From positions 114,702 through 175,837 of IMG/VR virus record IMGVR_UViG_3300048813_000140: DNA of 61,136 nt. One strand, 5' to 3'. The notes under the pieces were generated by a model. That model made no database searches. It saw nothing but the letters and a program-made list of their open reading frames with translations, and was not told the origin of the DNA. Made by a program: the position numbers and the translations under genes. Origin of the DNA: a virus. Its lineage: Duplodnaviria; Heunggongvirae; Uroviricota; Caudoviricetes. How positions within the stretch are numbered: position 1 is the first letter of the stretch; the number at the start of each line of letters is the position of its first letter. Shown here one piece after another: positions 9,130 through 18,159 of this stretch.

Positions 9130-10113
9130 TTATTCTATTGAAATTAAGAGAACATTTGCTGGGTTTACGCCATTATTGACAACACTCAGTGAATATATGG
9201 TAGATTTCAACATAAATACGCCATTTTGGTTAGCAGGGCACCCATTGGCACAATTCACTAACAAGAAGGGCTCAATATCGCAGGCATTTACGCCGTTGAT
9301 GATTAGGGACACTTTCTGACTCGATTCCACGTAAATCAACTGTTTTGCATCAGAATAGATACTAACTTCTGTCATGATGTTGGTTTCTTGCGGTAGAGAG
9401 CCAGTATAAGAAAACTCTAATGATTCTGCGTACACAGCGGTAATTTTATATGATCCTTGGGTGACCAGAGAAAATCCAGAAGTAATGCTCAGCGTATCGC
9501 CTATCTGAACGCCTGCAGCGCTATAGATCTGTACTTGGGATACAAAACCTGATCCTAAGGTGATAGGACCTTCTCCAGTGCCTGTTGGGTTATTTATAGT
9601 GAAACTGGTGGTCGTCAAGGCTATGATCTGGAAGCTACCTTGATTTAATGGATTGAAAAGATTACCAAGAGTTACCCAATCGCCTACTTGAACACCGCCT
9701 AATGCGAAATTCGTGCCACCGGTTGATGTAAAAGTTACAATTGGGCCATTTTGAGTGACCGTAACCTGGGTCGTAGCGTCAGCGCCTGTCGACCTAGGGG
9801 TTCTGAAGTTTGGTGCGGTACCGCCAGTCCAGGATAGGATATAGGTAGAACTATAAAAAGTCTTTAAAGCTATGGAATATTCAGTAGTTCCATCTTGTGC
9901 TAAGGTCCTAGTTCCGCTAAAAAGGGGCAATGTTTGACCAGGAGCGACCGTAAAAGACTCATCTCCTGCTCCATTGGTGGGAAGACTATTAAGGCTGAAA
10001 TTCCATTTAAATGCAGATTGACTTGGTGCGTTAGATGATTGTCTAGGATTACAATATCCAGCAGATTGAGATCCATACGCGCTTAAAAATACACTCATTG
10101 AAAAATTAGACAT
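9130..10113 (-). CDS. putative virion structural protein (beta-rich, T/G/S-rich)
   Basis: 327 aa; composition typical of tail/baseplate proteins; in late block. Confidence 0.6.
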   Translation of the reverse strand: MSNFSMSVFLSAYGSQSAGYCNPRQSSNAPSQSAFKWNFSLNSLPTNGAGDESFTVAPGQTLPLFSGTRTLAQDGTTEYSIALKTFYSSTYILSWTGGTAPNFRTPRSTGADATTQVTVTQNGPIVTFTSTGGTNFALGGVQVGDWVTLGNLFNPLNQGSFQIIALTTTSFTINNPTGTGEGPITLGSGFVSQVQIYSAAGVQIGDTLSITSGFSLVTQGSYKITAVYAESLEFSYTGSLPQETNIMTEVSIYSDAKQLIYVESSQKVSLIINGVNACDIEPFLLVNCANGCPANQNGVFMLKSTIYSLSVVNNGVNPANVLLISIE

Positions 10114-10142
10114 TAGGCAACCCTCGTTTGATTTGGCTTACC

Positions 10143-10670
10143 TTAAGATTGCTTGTCTAATTTATCACCCTTACTTTGGTTGTCTTTTCTCCATAAAGGC
10201 TGTAGATTGGCGTAATTACAGGCTATTTTGAATTGTTCAGGATCTGAAAGATTAAAACTGGACAACGGAATGATGTGATCTATGTGCCACCCGTGATAGG
10301 AGTAGTTGGACCAATTCATGCCGCGTTGAAATTTAGATTCAATATATTGCTTTAAGAAAGGTATAGAACAGCCTAATTGCTCAACCGCTGATCCTCCTTT
10401 TTGATTTCTTTTTACTGCAGAATTGATTCGCCTTCTTAATGCATGTGCAAGCTTAAAATTGTCATCAGAATTTCTTCTGTTTTTGATGTATTTTGTTTTT
10501 CTAGCTTGTACTTTCTTTTTGTTATTGTTTACATATTTTGTTTCATAATCGTGTTGGCACATTTTACAAACGTTGGCCAGACCATCTTTTTTACATCTAT
10601 TTTTATAGAACAAATCTGTAGTTTTGGATGATTTACAGGTAGTGCATTGTTTCTGAGTCATATGTTCCAC
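10143..10670 (-). mobile_element. free-standing HNH homing endonuclease
   Basis: CTTC..CKMC; WHIDHIIPLSSF..NYANLQPLWRKDNQSKGDK. Confidence 0.85.
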
Positions 10671-12526
10671 TTGAATCCACCCTTTTGATGAGTAGTGCTG
10701 CCAGTAACGCTTCCGCCATCATAAACCCTTTTGAAAATCTCTTCTCTCATTTGTTCATTTGTTGTAGGGTTTGGATTATTTTTCTCCTGCAGCTGCGCTT
10801 CGGTCCACGACGTGCTTATTTTTTGATCACCCCTGACGGGAAAAATATTTTGTCCAACATATCGGGCGGCGTCGCATATGTCAGCTATTCCACGCTCATC
10901 ATCGGGCTCCAAAGTAACATTTCCTTGTCCATCAAGCTTGAATCTATGTTTTTGGATAGCAGAGATTACTCTTTTAGTGTTAGGTGTTTCTACTATTTTA
11001 AGCATACGTTTTCCAGATGAGTCTACTATTTTAGATCGTAAACTTTCAATTCCACCCATCACATCTTTGGTGAATTTAGGAGATTTCATACCATTTTTGG
11101 TGAAACTTTTTGTGTGACTAGGCATAGCTTGATCACACCACCATTTTTGAATATTTTTATGTTTTTCTCTATAGGATATAGCGGTATTAAGAACGTCTGA
11201 AAACTCTAATCCTGGAGCCGCCCAACAATCAACTATCCAAACTTCTCCAGTGGGGAAAACTGCGAAAACAATTATAACAGAATCATGAACATAACCCCAG
11301 TCTACGCCAGCATATAGGGGTATGTTGGATTTTTGTAACTCATACAAAAAGTCCATTTCGGATACAAACGATTTAGTTGATGGTGATCCCATCAAAATCT
11401 CATAAGCATCTTTCAAGGACATTACATTCCCTTTTCCGGGAACCGTACTGAATCTGGGATAAACTAGACCTTCACTGCCAGGCTTCCAGCATAGCAGTTG
11501 AGCTTCGGCAGTATCTGGGTCATTCTCTCTGAATTTCTGTATGACAGATACGATTGGCTTATAGAATCCACCAGAGGCAGACTCTGGTTTATCGGCCAAA
11601 CGCTTTCTACAAACTGGCAGTAGTAAGCAGCTTTGGCAGCCCTTATAGACATCTTTAACAAGATCCCACTTAGGATGCTCTGCTGTTGGCAAGAATTCAA
11701 ATTCATCTTTAAATATCTGCTTAAGAGGAAGATTTTTAGCCACATACATGTCTGTTTTTTCTTCTTCAGGCAAATGTCTGGACTTAGGGCATCTTTCTGT
11801 AACGTCAAGGATGTTCCAGCTTAGGATCTTGTAGTGCATCGCAGGTGCTTCATCAATGGCCTTGGACATATTACCGAATGCGTATTTACGAGTAGAGAGG
11901 TATACTTTTATACCGTGAATGCCTTTACTGAATCCAGTAATATTTTTGCCCTCTTTGATTGCGGCGGGATCTGCTAAGTCAAGTTCGTCCAGAAACAGAA
12001 CGTTAGAGTGTAAGCTATTCATCCCTTTGGTTGTACAAATTACAATTTTAATGTAAGGAGTTTTACCCTGAGGAGTCTTGAACTTTGTAAGACGTTTATT
12101 TTTTGTTTTATTTAGCCATCCAGCAACGTCCAATAAGGGCTGAATACTCATGAAAAAGGTATCAATATACCCTAGAGCAACCGATGATTGATCCTCTGTG
12201 GCGGCGGCATGGCCAACCTCTAGCTGAAAGTGCAAGACAAGCAGGACTTCTAATATAGCGACCGATACGGTCTTCATTCCTTCACGACAAGACATCAAGA
12301 TGTAGCCAGGATTTTGGTCACCAGTATTGTGCTTGAAAGTGTTGTAGACTTGATATATACTATCTAAAGGGCTGCTTGTACTGTCTGGATCTGTAATCTC
12401 TAGAGGGAGTTCAAGTCCAAGATACATGCGTACCCAGTCTTTGACTTCCTGTGCGGAAGAAAGAGGGCTAAACATCCACTCGGCATACTTCTTTTGGTCT
12501 TCATACGGCAAAATACTAAAATCCAT
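10658..12526 (-). CDS. terL: terminase large subunit
   Basis: ATPase motifs SCREGMKT and LFLDELD, STRK coupling motif; nuclease YAGVDWGYVHD ... DICDAARY; upstream of portal. Confidence 0.85.
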   Translation of the reverse strand: MDFSILPYEDQKKYAEWMFSPLSSAQEVKDWVRMYLGLELPLEITDPDSTSSPLDSIYQVYNTFKHNTGDQNPGYILMSCREGMKTVSVAILEVLLVLHFQLEVGHAAATEDQSSVALGYIDTFFMSIQPLLDVAGWLNKTKNKRLTKFKTPQGKTPYIKIVICTTKGMNSLHSNVLFLDELDLADPAAIKEGKNITGFSKGIHGIKVYLSTRKYAFGNMSKAIDEAPAMHYKILSWNILDVTERCPKSRHLPEEEKTDMYVAKNLPLKQIFKDEFEFLPTAEHPKWDLVKDVYKGCQSCLLLPVCRKRLADKPESASGGFYKPIVSVIQKFRENDPDTAEAQLLCWKPGSEGLVYPRFSTVPGKGNVMSLKDAYEILMGSPSTKSFVSEMDFLYELQKSNIPLYAGVDWGYVHDSVIIVFAVFPTGEVWIVDCWAAPGLEFSDVLNTAISYREKHKNIQKWWCDQAMPSHTKSFTKNGMKSPKFTKDVMGGIESLRSKIVDSSGKRMLKIVETPNTKRVISAIQKHRFKLDGQGNVTLEPDDERGIADICDAARYVGQNIFPVRGDQKISTSWTEAQLQEKNNPNPTTNEQMREEIFKRVYDGGSVTGSTTHQKGGFKWNI

Positions 12527-12681
12527 TAATCTTCTTCTTTTTTAAGGGCTTTTTTGATTTCTTTTAATTCTTGTTGTTTCCCGCCACGCTTAATAGATCT
12601 TTGGACCTTTCTATTTCTAGCATTGGTACCAATACAATATGTACATTGACATCCTACTTTGTATTTACCTATAAATTTCAT
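12526..12681 (-). CDS. small basic hypothetical protein (51 aa, CxCxxC)
   Basis: read manually: MKFIGKYKVGCQCTYCIG...; TAATG overlap with terL start; below the track length cutoff. Confidence 0.55.
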   Translation of the reverse strand: MKFIGKYKVGCQCTYCIGTNARNRKVQRSIKRGGKQQELKEIKKALKKEED

Positions 12682-12688
12682 CGTTTAC

Positions 12689-12958
12689 CTAGCGAGATGA
12701 TATGGTTTCATTTCTAAGTTCTTCCATGAATTTTGCCTTCTCTTCATCCGTAAGATGACGTGTAGAAAATGCTAGATATCCCTTGACAAAGAAATCCTTA
12801 GCTAGCAATCTGTCAGACATACAGTCAAAACGTCTATTGGCGATGATGCCATGCATTTTACTTTCCATGTCTTTGCGTTCCTCAAGTGTCATACTTTCAA
12901 GGACTTGTTCCAATTCTTCATCATTTGGGGCACCGTACCACAATTCAATTGTTTTCAT
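12689..12958 (-). CDS. hypothetical protein
   Basis: 89 aa, overlaps groEL stop. Confidence 0.6.
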   Translation of the reverse strand: MKTIELWYGAPNDEELEQVLESMTLEERKDMESKMHGIIANRRFDCMSDRLLAKDFFVKGYLAFSTRHLTDEEKAKFMEELRNETISSR

Positions 12959-14730
12959 TAAGGCCTTTCATTTGCTTCATTTGTGAAGGCTTCTGGGTTA
13001 GCTGCAATTCGTTCGAATTCTGAATCTGCTCTAGCTTCTGATCTCTCAAAAGTATCATCTCTAGGATGTACTACTAATCCGCCCATAGTACCCAAAATAC
13101 TGGCAATACTTACTGCATTGGATAAAGATTCAGTCACGGCCTTGGTAGCGTCGTAAAGTCCCAATTCTTCAGCTGTTCCGAATACTTGGTTCTCAATATC
13201 ATAAACTAGATTTGGATCGCTAACGAGTTTTGTTATGGTATCCTGTTTTTCCTCTTTGTTGTATCCAGCATTATCCAAAAGTCTGAACAAGAGGGACATC
13301 AAGGAAGGGACCAATACGTAATGTGCGGGATCGTCAGTTTTAAGTTCTTCGCTCAGTTTAAGGGCCAAGTCCAGGGCAATACGGGCGCCGCCAGGCAATG
13401 CACCATTGCTAATAGTAGCTCTGACAGCACATACAGCATCTTCACATCTGTCATGAGCTTCTTTAAGTTCGCCGTTTGATCCGCCATAAATGGTGAGTTT
13501 AGCGATACCATTGGTGATCTTTCCAATACGTTCTTGGAGCCAAATCTTCTCTGCTTGGCTTTCACCGTTTTCCATCATTTTCTTTAAATCATCAGCCCTA
13601 ACTTCAACATTTACTGGATCTGGATCGCCGATTACTGTGGTGCGGAAGCGGTATGCTTCAACGCTGGTCATATTACAGCCAAGATCTTGCATTGTAGCAT
13701 TTGCAATTTGATCTTTCATACCAAAAAGCTTAGCTCCGGTAAACGATGATAAATCTTGCAAAAAGTGCAATTGACTATTGGCGAATTGAGCCATAGGAGT
13801 GATCAAAGGCAAAACATTCAAGGTGTTAGGATCTTGGAAATTGTAAGCCAATTGAATAAGGACGTTTTCGCTAAATCCGTGTGAAAAAATTACAAGGTTC
13901 TTATATTGAGCGTCTTTTTCGTGAATGTATTTTTGTCCTAACTCGGCGATCAGAGGCATAACGGCTACTAAGTCATTCATTTGACCGTCAAATAGTAAGA
14001 ATAAAGGCTTTTCCAGATAGCAGCGTTGATTGGCTTGGTCGTTGATAAAGGCAGTGTGCATTTTGCCGATGGAATCTTCATATCCAATGGGAATAGGGAA
14101 ACCATCAATGCGCTCTACTTTATAGTCTTTTTTGCCTGACAATTCTCTGATAGTAACGTGCGAGGCGTCTCCATAACCAATCTCTTCAAAGGCTTTGATA
14201 ACGGCATCGGCCATTTCTTTGTCGCCATTAGCGCTGATGGTAGCGACCATTTTCAGCATGTGTTGGTTGTCAGCGTCGACTTTGATGCTTCTTGATTCTA
14301 TATAAGGTAGAAGAATGGTGTCAACAACTTTGGAAATCCTACGAACAGCCTTTTGAGGACTATGCTTGGGGTTCTTTTCGCAGAAGTCAAATAGGTGCTG
14401 AATAATAGAGTAGCTCAAAACAGTGGCCGTAGTGGTGCCGTCGCCAGCTTCTGTGGCGGTTCGCTGAGCTGCGTCACGAGCTTGCTCTATAATAAGATGT
14501 TTGTAGGGATTATAATGTCCAAGGGATTTGAAGATGGTAACGCCATCTTTTGTATTTTTGCTACCGATACCAGCATAATCAGATTCCACCAGAGTGTTCA
14601 GTCCACCTGGCCCAAGACTTGATCCCACGATTTCAGATACTTCTCTCATGGTGTCTAAAACCATTGCGTTGATCTTTTTTCTGTCCGTAAGATATTGTTT
14701 TGGGGCTGTTTTTGCTTTTCTGTAGCTCAT
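12958..14730 (-). CDS. groEL: GroEL-like chaperonin
   Basis: SLGPGG, TKDGVTI, AGDGTTTAT, EDAVCA, LPGGA motifs; 590 aa; AGGAG RBS. Confidence 0.93.
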   Translation of the reverse strand: MSYRKAKTAPKQYLTDRKKINAMVLDTMREVSEIVGSSLGPGGLNTLVESDYAGIGSKNTKDGVTIFKSLGHYNPYKHLIIEQARDAAQRTATEAGDGTTTATVLSYSIIQHLFDFCEKNPKHSPQKAVRRISKVVDTILLPYIESRSIKVDADNQHMLKMVATISANGDKEMADAVIKAFEEIGYGDASHVTIRELSGKKDYKVERIDGFPIPIGYEDSIGKMHTAFINDQANQRCYLEKPLFLLFDGQMNDLVAVMPLIAELGQKYIHEKDAQYKNLVIFSHGFSENVLIQLAYNFQDPNTLNVLPLITPMAQFANSQLHFLQDLSSFTGAKLFGMKDQIANATMQDLGCNMTSVEAYRFRTTVIGDPDPVNVEVRADDLKKMMENGESQAEKIWLQERIGKITNGIAKLTIYGGSNGELKEAHDRCEDAVCAVRATISNGALPGGARIALDLALKLSEELKTDDPAHYVLVPSLMSLLFRLLDNAGYNKEEKQDTITKLVSDPNLVYDIENQVFGTAEELGLYDATKAVTESLSNAVSIASILGTMGGLVVHPRDDTFERSEARADSEFERIAANPEAFTNEANERP

Positions 14731-14748
14731 TATTTCTCCTGTTTGTTT

Positions 14749-14757
14749 GTTATATCA
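14749..14757 (-). promoter_or_regulatory. extended -10 element TGATATAAC upstream of groEL
   Basis: no recognisable -35; RBS follows. Confidence 0.45.
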
Positions 14758-14773
14758 CATAAATAAAAGATAG

Positions 14774-15049
14774 AGGCGTATTTCGCTAGCCGAACCATCG
14801 TAACGTCCCTGGAATCGAACCAAGCCACTACAGCTAGTACGCCTATATCAGTAATAACGAGCCCTGCTAGTCCACGCCTGCTAGCCTAATGACGTTAGCA
14901 CCTCTGTACAAAGGTAGTCAACCTAGACTCGTTAAAATAAGGGCTTTTGGCCCAGATCTATCGACTTCTCGCGAAATCAATAGAGATACGGATGGCCTTT
15001 GGCGCATTTAGACACATTACCCGTCTGGCGGGATTTATTGTCCGCACTC
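14774..15049 (-). ncRNA. candidate structured RNA 2 with tRNA-like acceptor/T-arm module (unassigned)
   Basis: on the minus strand: 12-bp hairpin with GCGA tetraloop (14957-14984); T-arm CTTGG-TTCGATT-CCAGG (14808-14824); perfect 7-bp pairs TAACGTC/GACGTTA, TAACGAG/CTCGTTA and AGGCGTA/TACGCCT; G-U wobbles favour the minus strand. Confidence 0.65.
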
Positions 15050-15122
15050 TTCTTACAAATACATTAAGAATATTGACCCATGGCGTCGTATTCTCCAGTA
15101 CCATCCAGATACATAATATCAC

Positions 15123-15151
15123 TTGACAGAACTTTTGTAAAGAAGTATTAT
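15123..15151 (+). promoter_or_regulatory. sigma70-type promoter
   Basis: TTGACA-17 nt-TATTAT; ATG 6 nt downstream (15158). Confidence 0.7.
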
Positions 15152-15157
15152 ATCAAA

Positions 15158-16669
15158 ATGAGATTTAAAATCGTTAGTCCCACAAAGGCACTAATTTCAA
15201 ATTACAGTGCCCAAGAATTCGAAGACCTTAAGGTTGAGTTGACCTATACCAATACTGCAGCGCAGCATATGGTTAAGCGTCATTTCAATAATCAATGGGC
15301 TCGCAGACAGAATCCTACTGGTTGGCAGATCAAATTAGATGAACTCAAAGCTGAAGTCAAGAAGACTCTGGTTTTCCAGGATGATGATGGTAAATTTTTC
15401 GTAAGGCCTGGATCGCTGCCATATTTAAGCATGTTCTCAAGAGATAATTCAGAAATAACCTATACTTATTCAATACCAAAGAGAATAGCGTGGGCTAAGC
15501 CGCTACCGTTTGAATTGTATCCATATCAGACAGAAAGCTTCGTAAATCTAATCAATGTCCAACACGGTAACGTTGAGTTGTGTACCGGTGCTGGCAAATC
15601 AGCTATCCTGCTGAAATTATGTAGAGAAACTGGATTTAAGTGTGCCATCATAGCGCCGTCTAGGAGTATTTTTAGGGAACTAATGAAGTCCTTTGAAAAA
15701 TATCTTGGCAAAAATAACGTAGGTGGCTTTGGGGATGGCAAAAAGAAGATAGGTAAAAGAATCACTATATGTATAGGCGACAGTCTATCTAATGTCAAAA
15801 AGGGCACAGAGGAATGGGAATTTTTCAGTAAATTAGAGATGATAGCCGTCGATGAATCACACACTTGGGGCGCAGAGACCTTAGAGAATCTTTGTCACGG
15901 TATTTTTGCCGATGTCCCGTATCGATTCTTCATGTCTGGCACACAGACCCGTGGCGACGGTACTGAAAAGTTGCTGCAAAGCATAATTGGACGAACAGTT
16001 CACACACTTGGGACCAAAGAAGCGATTGCTGGTGGTTATATATGTCCACACGATTTCAGTATAGTCGAAATCGAATCCAGTAATCCAAACTATAATAGCG
16101 CGGACATCCTGGAAATGAAGCGAATACATTTTCTCAATAACAGAAACATAGCAGCTTTCGTTAGTAAACTAGCCAATATTGAGGCGACGACACAGCGACG
16201 ACAAATACTTGTTTTAGTTGAGGAATTAACACAAATCAGCATGCTTGTCAAGCTCTTGAAGGTCCCATTCGCCTACGCACATTCTGAAGCTAATAAACAA
16301 AAGTTGGTCGAGCTTGGCCTAGAGAAAGTAGACACTGAAGAATCTGTTGAAAAATTCAACAAAAATGAAGTCCAGGTTCTCATAGGAACGAGTTGTATAG
16401 CTACTGGTACGAACATATATCCAACCCACTATACGATCAACTGGTGCGGCGGAGCGAGCGAAATCAGAACAAAGCAGGGTGCGGTAGGCAGGAGCGTTAG
16501 GCTTGGCAGTCAGAATCCCTACAAAGAGAAGTGTCTGCCAAAGTCCATAGCCCATATATTTGACTTTGACGTTATAGATGCCTACGCATTACAGCATCAT
16601 TTAACTGAAAGAATTACATATTATCAGGATTCAGGAGCATCAATAAGACGTATAAAATTTACAAAATAG
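15158..16669 (+). CDS. superfamily 2 DNA helicase (UvsW-like)
   Basis: LYPYQ, CTGAGKS, AVDESH, MSGT, IATGTNI, QGAVGRSVR; start moved to ATG 15158 after the promoter. Confidence 0.9.
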   Translation: MRFKIVSPTKALISNYSAQEFEDLKVELTYTNTAAQHMVKRHFNNQWARRQNPTGWQIKLDELKAEVKKTLVFQDDDGKFFVRPGSLPYLSMFSRDNSEITYTYSIPKRIAWAKPLPFELYPYQTESFVNLINVQHGNVELCTGAGKSAILLKLCRETGFKCAIIAPSRSIFRELMKSFEKYLGKNNVGGFGDGKKKIGKRITICIGDSLSNVKKGTEEWEFFSKLEMIAVDESHTWGAETLENLCHGIFADVPYRFFMSGTQTRGDGTEKLLQSIIGRTVHTLGTKEAIAGGYICPHDFSIVEIESSNPNYNSADILEMKRIHFLNNRNIAAFVSKLANIEATTQRRQILVLVEELTQISMLVKLLKVPFAYAHSEANKQKLVELGLEKVDTEESVEKFNKNEVQVLIGTSCIATGTNIYPTHYTINWCGGASEIRTKQGAVGRSVRLGSQNPYKEKCLPKSIAHIFDFDVIDAYALQHHLTERITYYQDSGASIRRIKFTK

Positions 16670-16709
16670 TCGAAAAACAAAGATTTTCTAATAAAACTTA
16701 TGGTTTGCA

Positions 16710-16718
16710 TGATATAAT
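16710..16718 (+). promoter_or_regulatory. extended -10 promoter TGATATAAT
   Basis: 5 nt before the ATG of the sigma gene; no SD. Confidence 0.6.
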
Positions 16719-16723
16719 CTATC

Positions 16724-17755
16724 ATGGCAAAACCAAAACGCAACGATTATTTTGACGAATCATTTTATAGGCTAGCAACTGAAGTAACAGCTGCGATAGC
16801 AAAAAACAAAGATGGATCTTCCCAAAAGGAACAGGTCGAAGAGCTTTTAGACGCAGAGAAGAAATTTAAAGATACGATTTTAGAATACAAACAAGCAACG
16901 GAGGTCTATAAGAAATTTTTACAAAGGATCACGCTTGAAAATCGAAATATCTTATCCGCTAGACCATACTTTCGAGAATCTGCCAAAACCTTCAGTAAAT
17001 CCATAACACCGGCCATCAAGTTTGGCAATATTGACGAACTTAAGAAGTTCGACATGAATTATCAGCTTATAAAGTTCATAAAGGACCACTGGCTGGGACC
17101 ATTTCCGAAACGTGCTGAAGCACTCTTTCATAGGGTTCATAAGGCTAGGACGGTATTGGTAGAGAATAATATGCCCTTAGCGATTAACAGGGCAAAACTT
17201 TTTTTTAGAAAAACCCCAAGAAGTCACTTGACTTTAATGGATATGATTGGTATATGTAGTACAGGGTTAGCAGCTGGGATCGATAAATGGATCGGTCCCT
17301 ATAGTACGGTCTTCAGGAGTGTTTGTATCGGACGCATGGTAGGAAATCTAATTGATGCATACAGTGAAACTTTATTACACTTCTATCCAAGCGACAAAAG
17401 AGTGCTATATAAGGCTAATTCGATAAAGGGTAGATGGGGCATTACAGACATTGATGAACTAGCAAAAGCCGTAAATGAATCGTTTAAGGATGATGAAAAA
17501 GAAGGCAAGAGCATACCCAAAGGTGAAGTGATATCTGGAGCGCTGAACGATCTATTGAGTGCTGCGAGTACTGTGAGTGCTGATGCTACGGTTAACGACG
17601 AAGGTTATGGAGTTTACAGTTATACTGCGGATGAATCGCAGAACATGGAAGCGAATTACGTTGAAAAAGAATCAACCATAGAAATGCTTAGGTATGCGAA
17701 ATGTTTACCTATTTTACACCGTAAGATTTTAAAATTGAAAGGGATAAAAATATGA
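16724..17755 (+). CDS. sigma-70-family factor lacking region 4.2
   Basis: region 2-like ARTVLVENNMPLAINRAK..MDMIGICSTGLAAGIDKW; ends at LPILHRKILKLKGIKI, equivalent to region 4.1. Confidence 0.75.
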   Translation: MAKPKRNDYFDESFYRLATEVTAAIAKNKDGSSQKEQVEELLDAEKKFKDTILEYKQATEVYKKFLQRITLENRNILSARPYFRESAKTFSKSITPAIKFGNIDELKKFDMNYQLIKFIKDHWLGPFPKRAEALFHRVHKARTVLVENNMPLAINRAKLFFRKTPRSHLTLMDMIGICSTGLAAGIDKWIGPYSTVFRSVCIGRMVGNLIDAYSETLLHFYPSDKRVLYKANSIKGRWGITDIDELAKAVNESFKDDEKEGKSIPKGEVISGALNDLLSAASTVSADATVNDEGYGVYSYTADESQNMEANYVEKESTIEMLRYAKCLPILHRKILKLKGIKI

Positions 17756-18159
17756 CCGAAGAAGAAAGTTTATCAATGGCAGCATCAATGGCAGCATCCT
17801 TTAAAGATGGAATGGACGCTAAGCCAGTCCCTTGCGCTCCAGGACCCGCATTTTCCATCAATAATAGGATCATCGTGGAAGCCTACGTTTCCGATAGAGC
17901 CCTTAAGACCAAAGAAGTGAATGGTTTTGCTAGCATAGTTCAAAAGATATCGCTAAAAGGTATGAAAGTACTCGTAGAGGCCAGAGTTAACGATGGTAAG
18001 CAACTATGTAGCGTAATTCGAAAAGGCGATCTAGTCTACATTCGTGAAGAACTACTGCACACCTGTGAGTGGGCCAAAAAGAATTATGAAAGTGATGCCA
18101 TAGAAGGCAAATTCATGATCGTTGATCTCGCTCACGTTGAATATGTGGTACCTCAGTGA
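17752..18159 (+). CDS. GroES-like co-chaperonin
   Basis: INNRIIVE..KTKEVNG..IRKGDLVYI..GKFMIVDLAHVEYV follows the Cpn10 pattern. Confidence 0.6.
   Translation: MTEEESLSMAASMAASFKDGMDAKPVPCAPGPAFSINNRIIVEAYVSDRALKTKEVNGFASIVQKISLKGMKVLVEARVNDGKQLCSVIRKGDLVYIREELLHTCEWAKKNYESDAIEGKFMIVDLAHVEYVVPQ

Noticed and set aside
14801-14897. Bona fide tRNA gene
   Set aside because: Acceptor and T-arm fit, but the D and anticodon arms are irregular, the insert is too long, position 37 would be a pyrimidine and there is no CCA; reported as a tRNA-like module instead.
14840-14935. Group I intron core (GAGTCTA / GATATAGGC resembling R and S elements)
   Set aside because: The pair flanking the G-binding site does not form, no P4/P6 elements are seen, and the locus is intergenic with no exons to join.
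15080-15157. Upstream start of the helicase ORF given by the track
   Set aside because: The extension overlaps a consensus promoter and has no RBS; ATG 15158 is preferred. Similar trimming was applied to several other ORFs.
17776-17799. 12-bp tandem repeat (MAAS-MAAS) in the GroES-like N-terminus
   Set aside because: Only two short copies in a probably disordered tail; no functional inference is possible.
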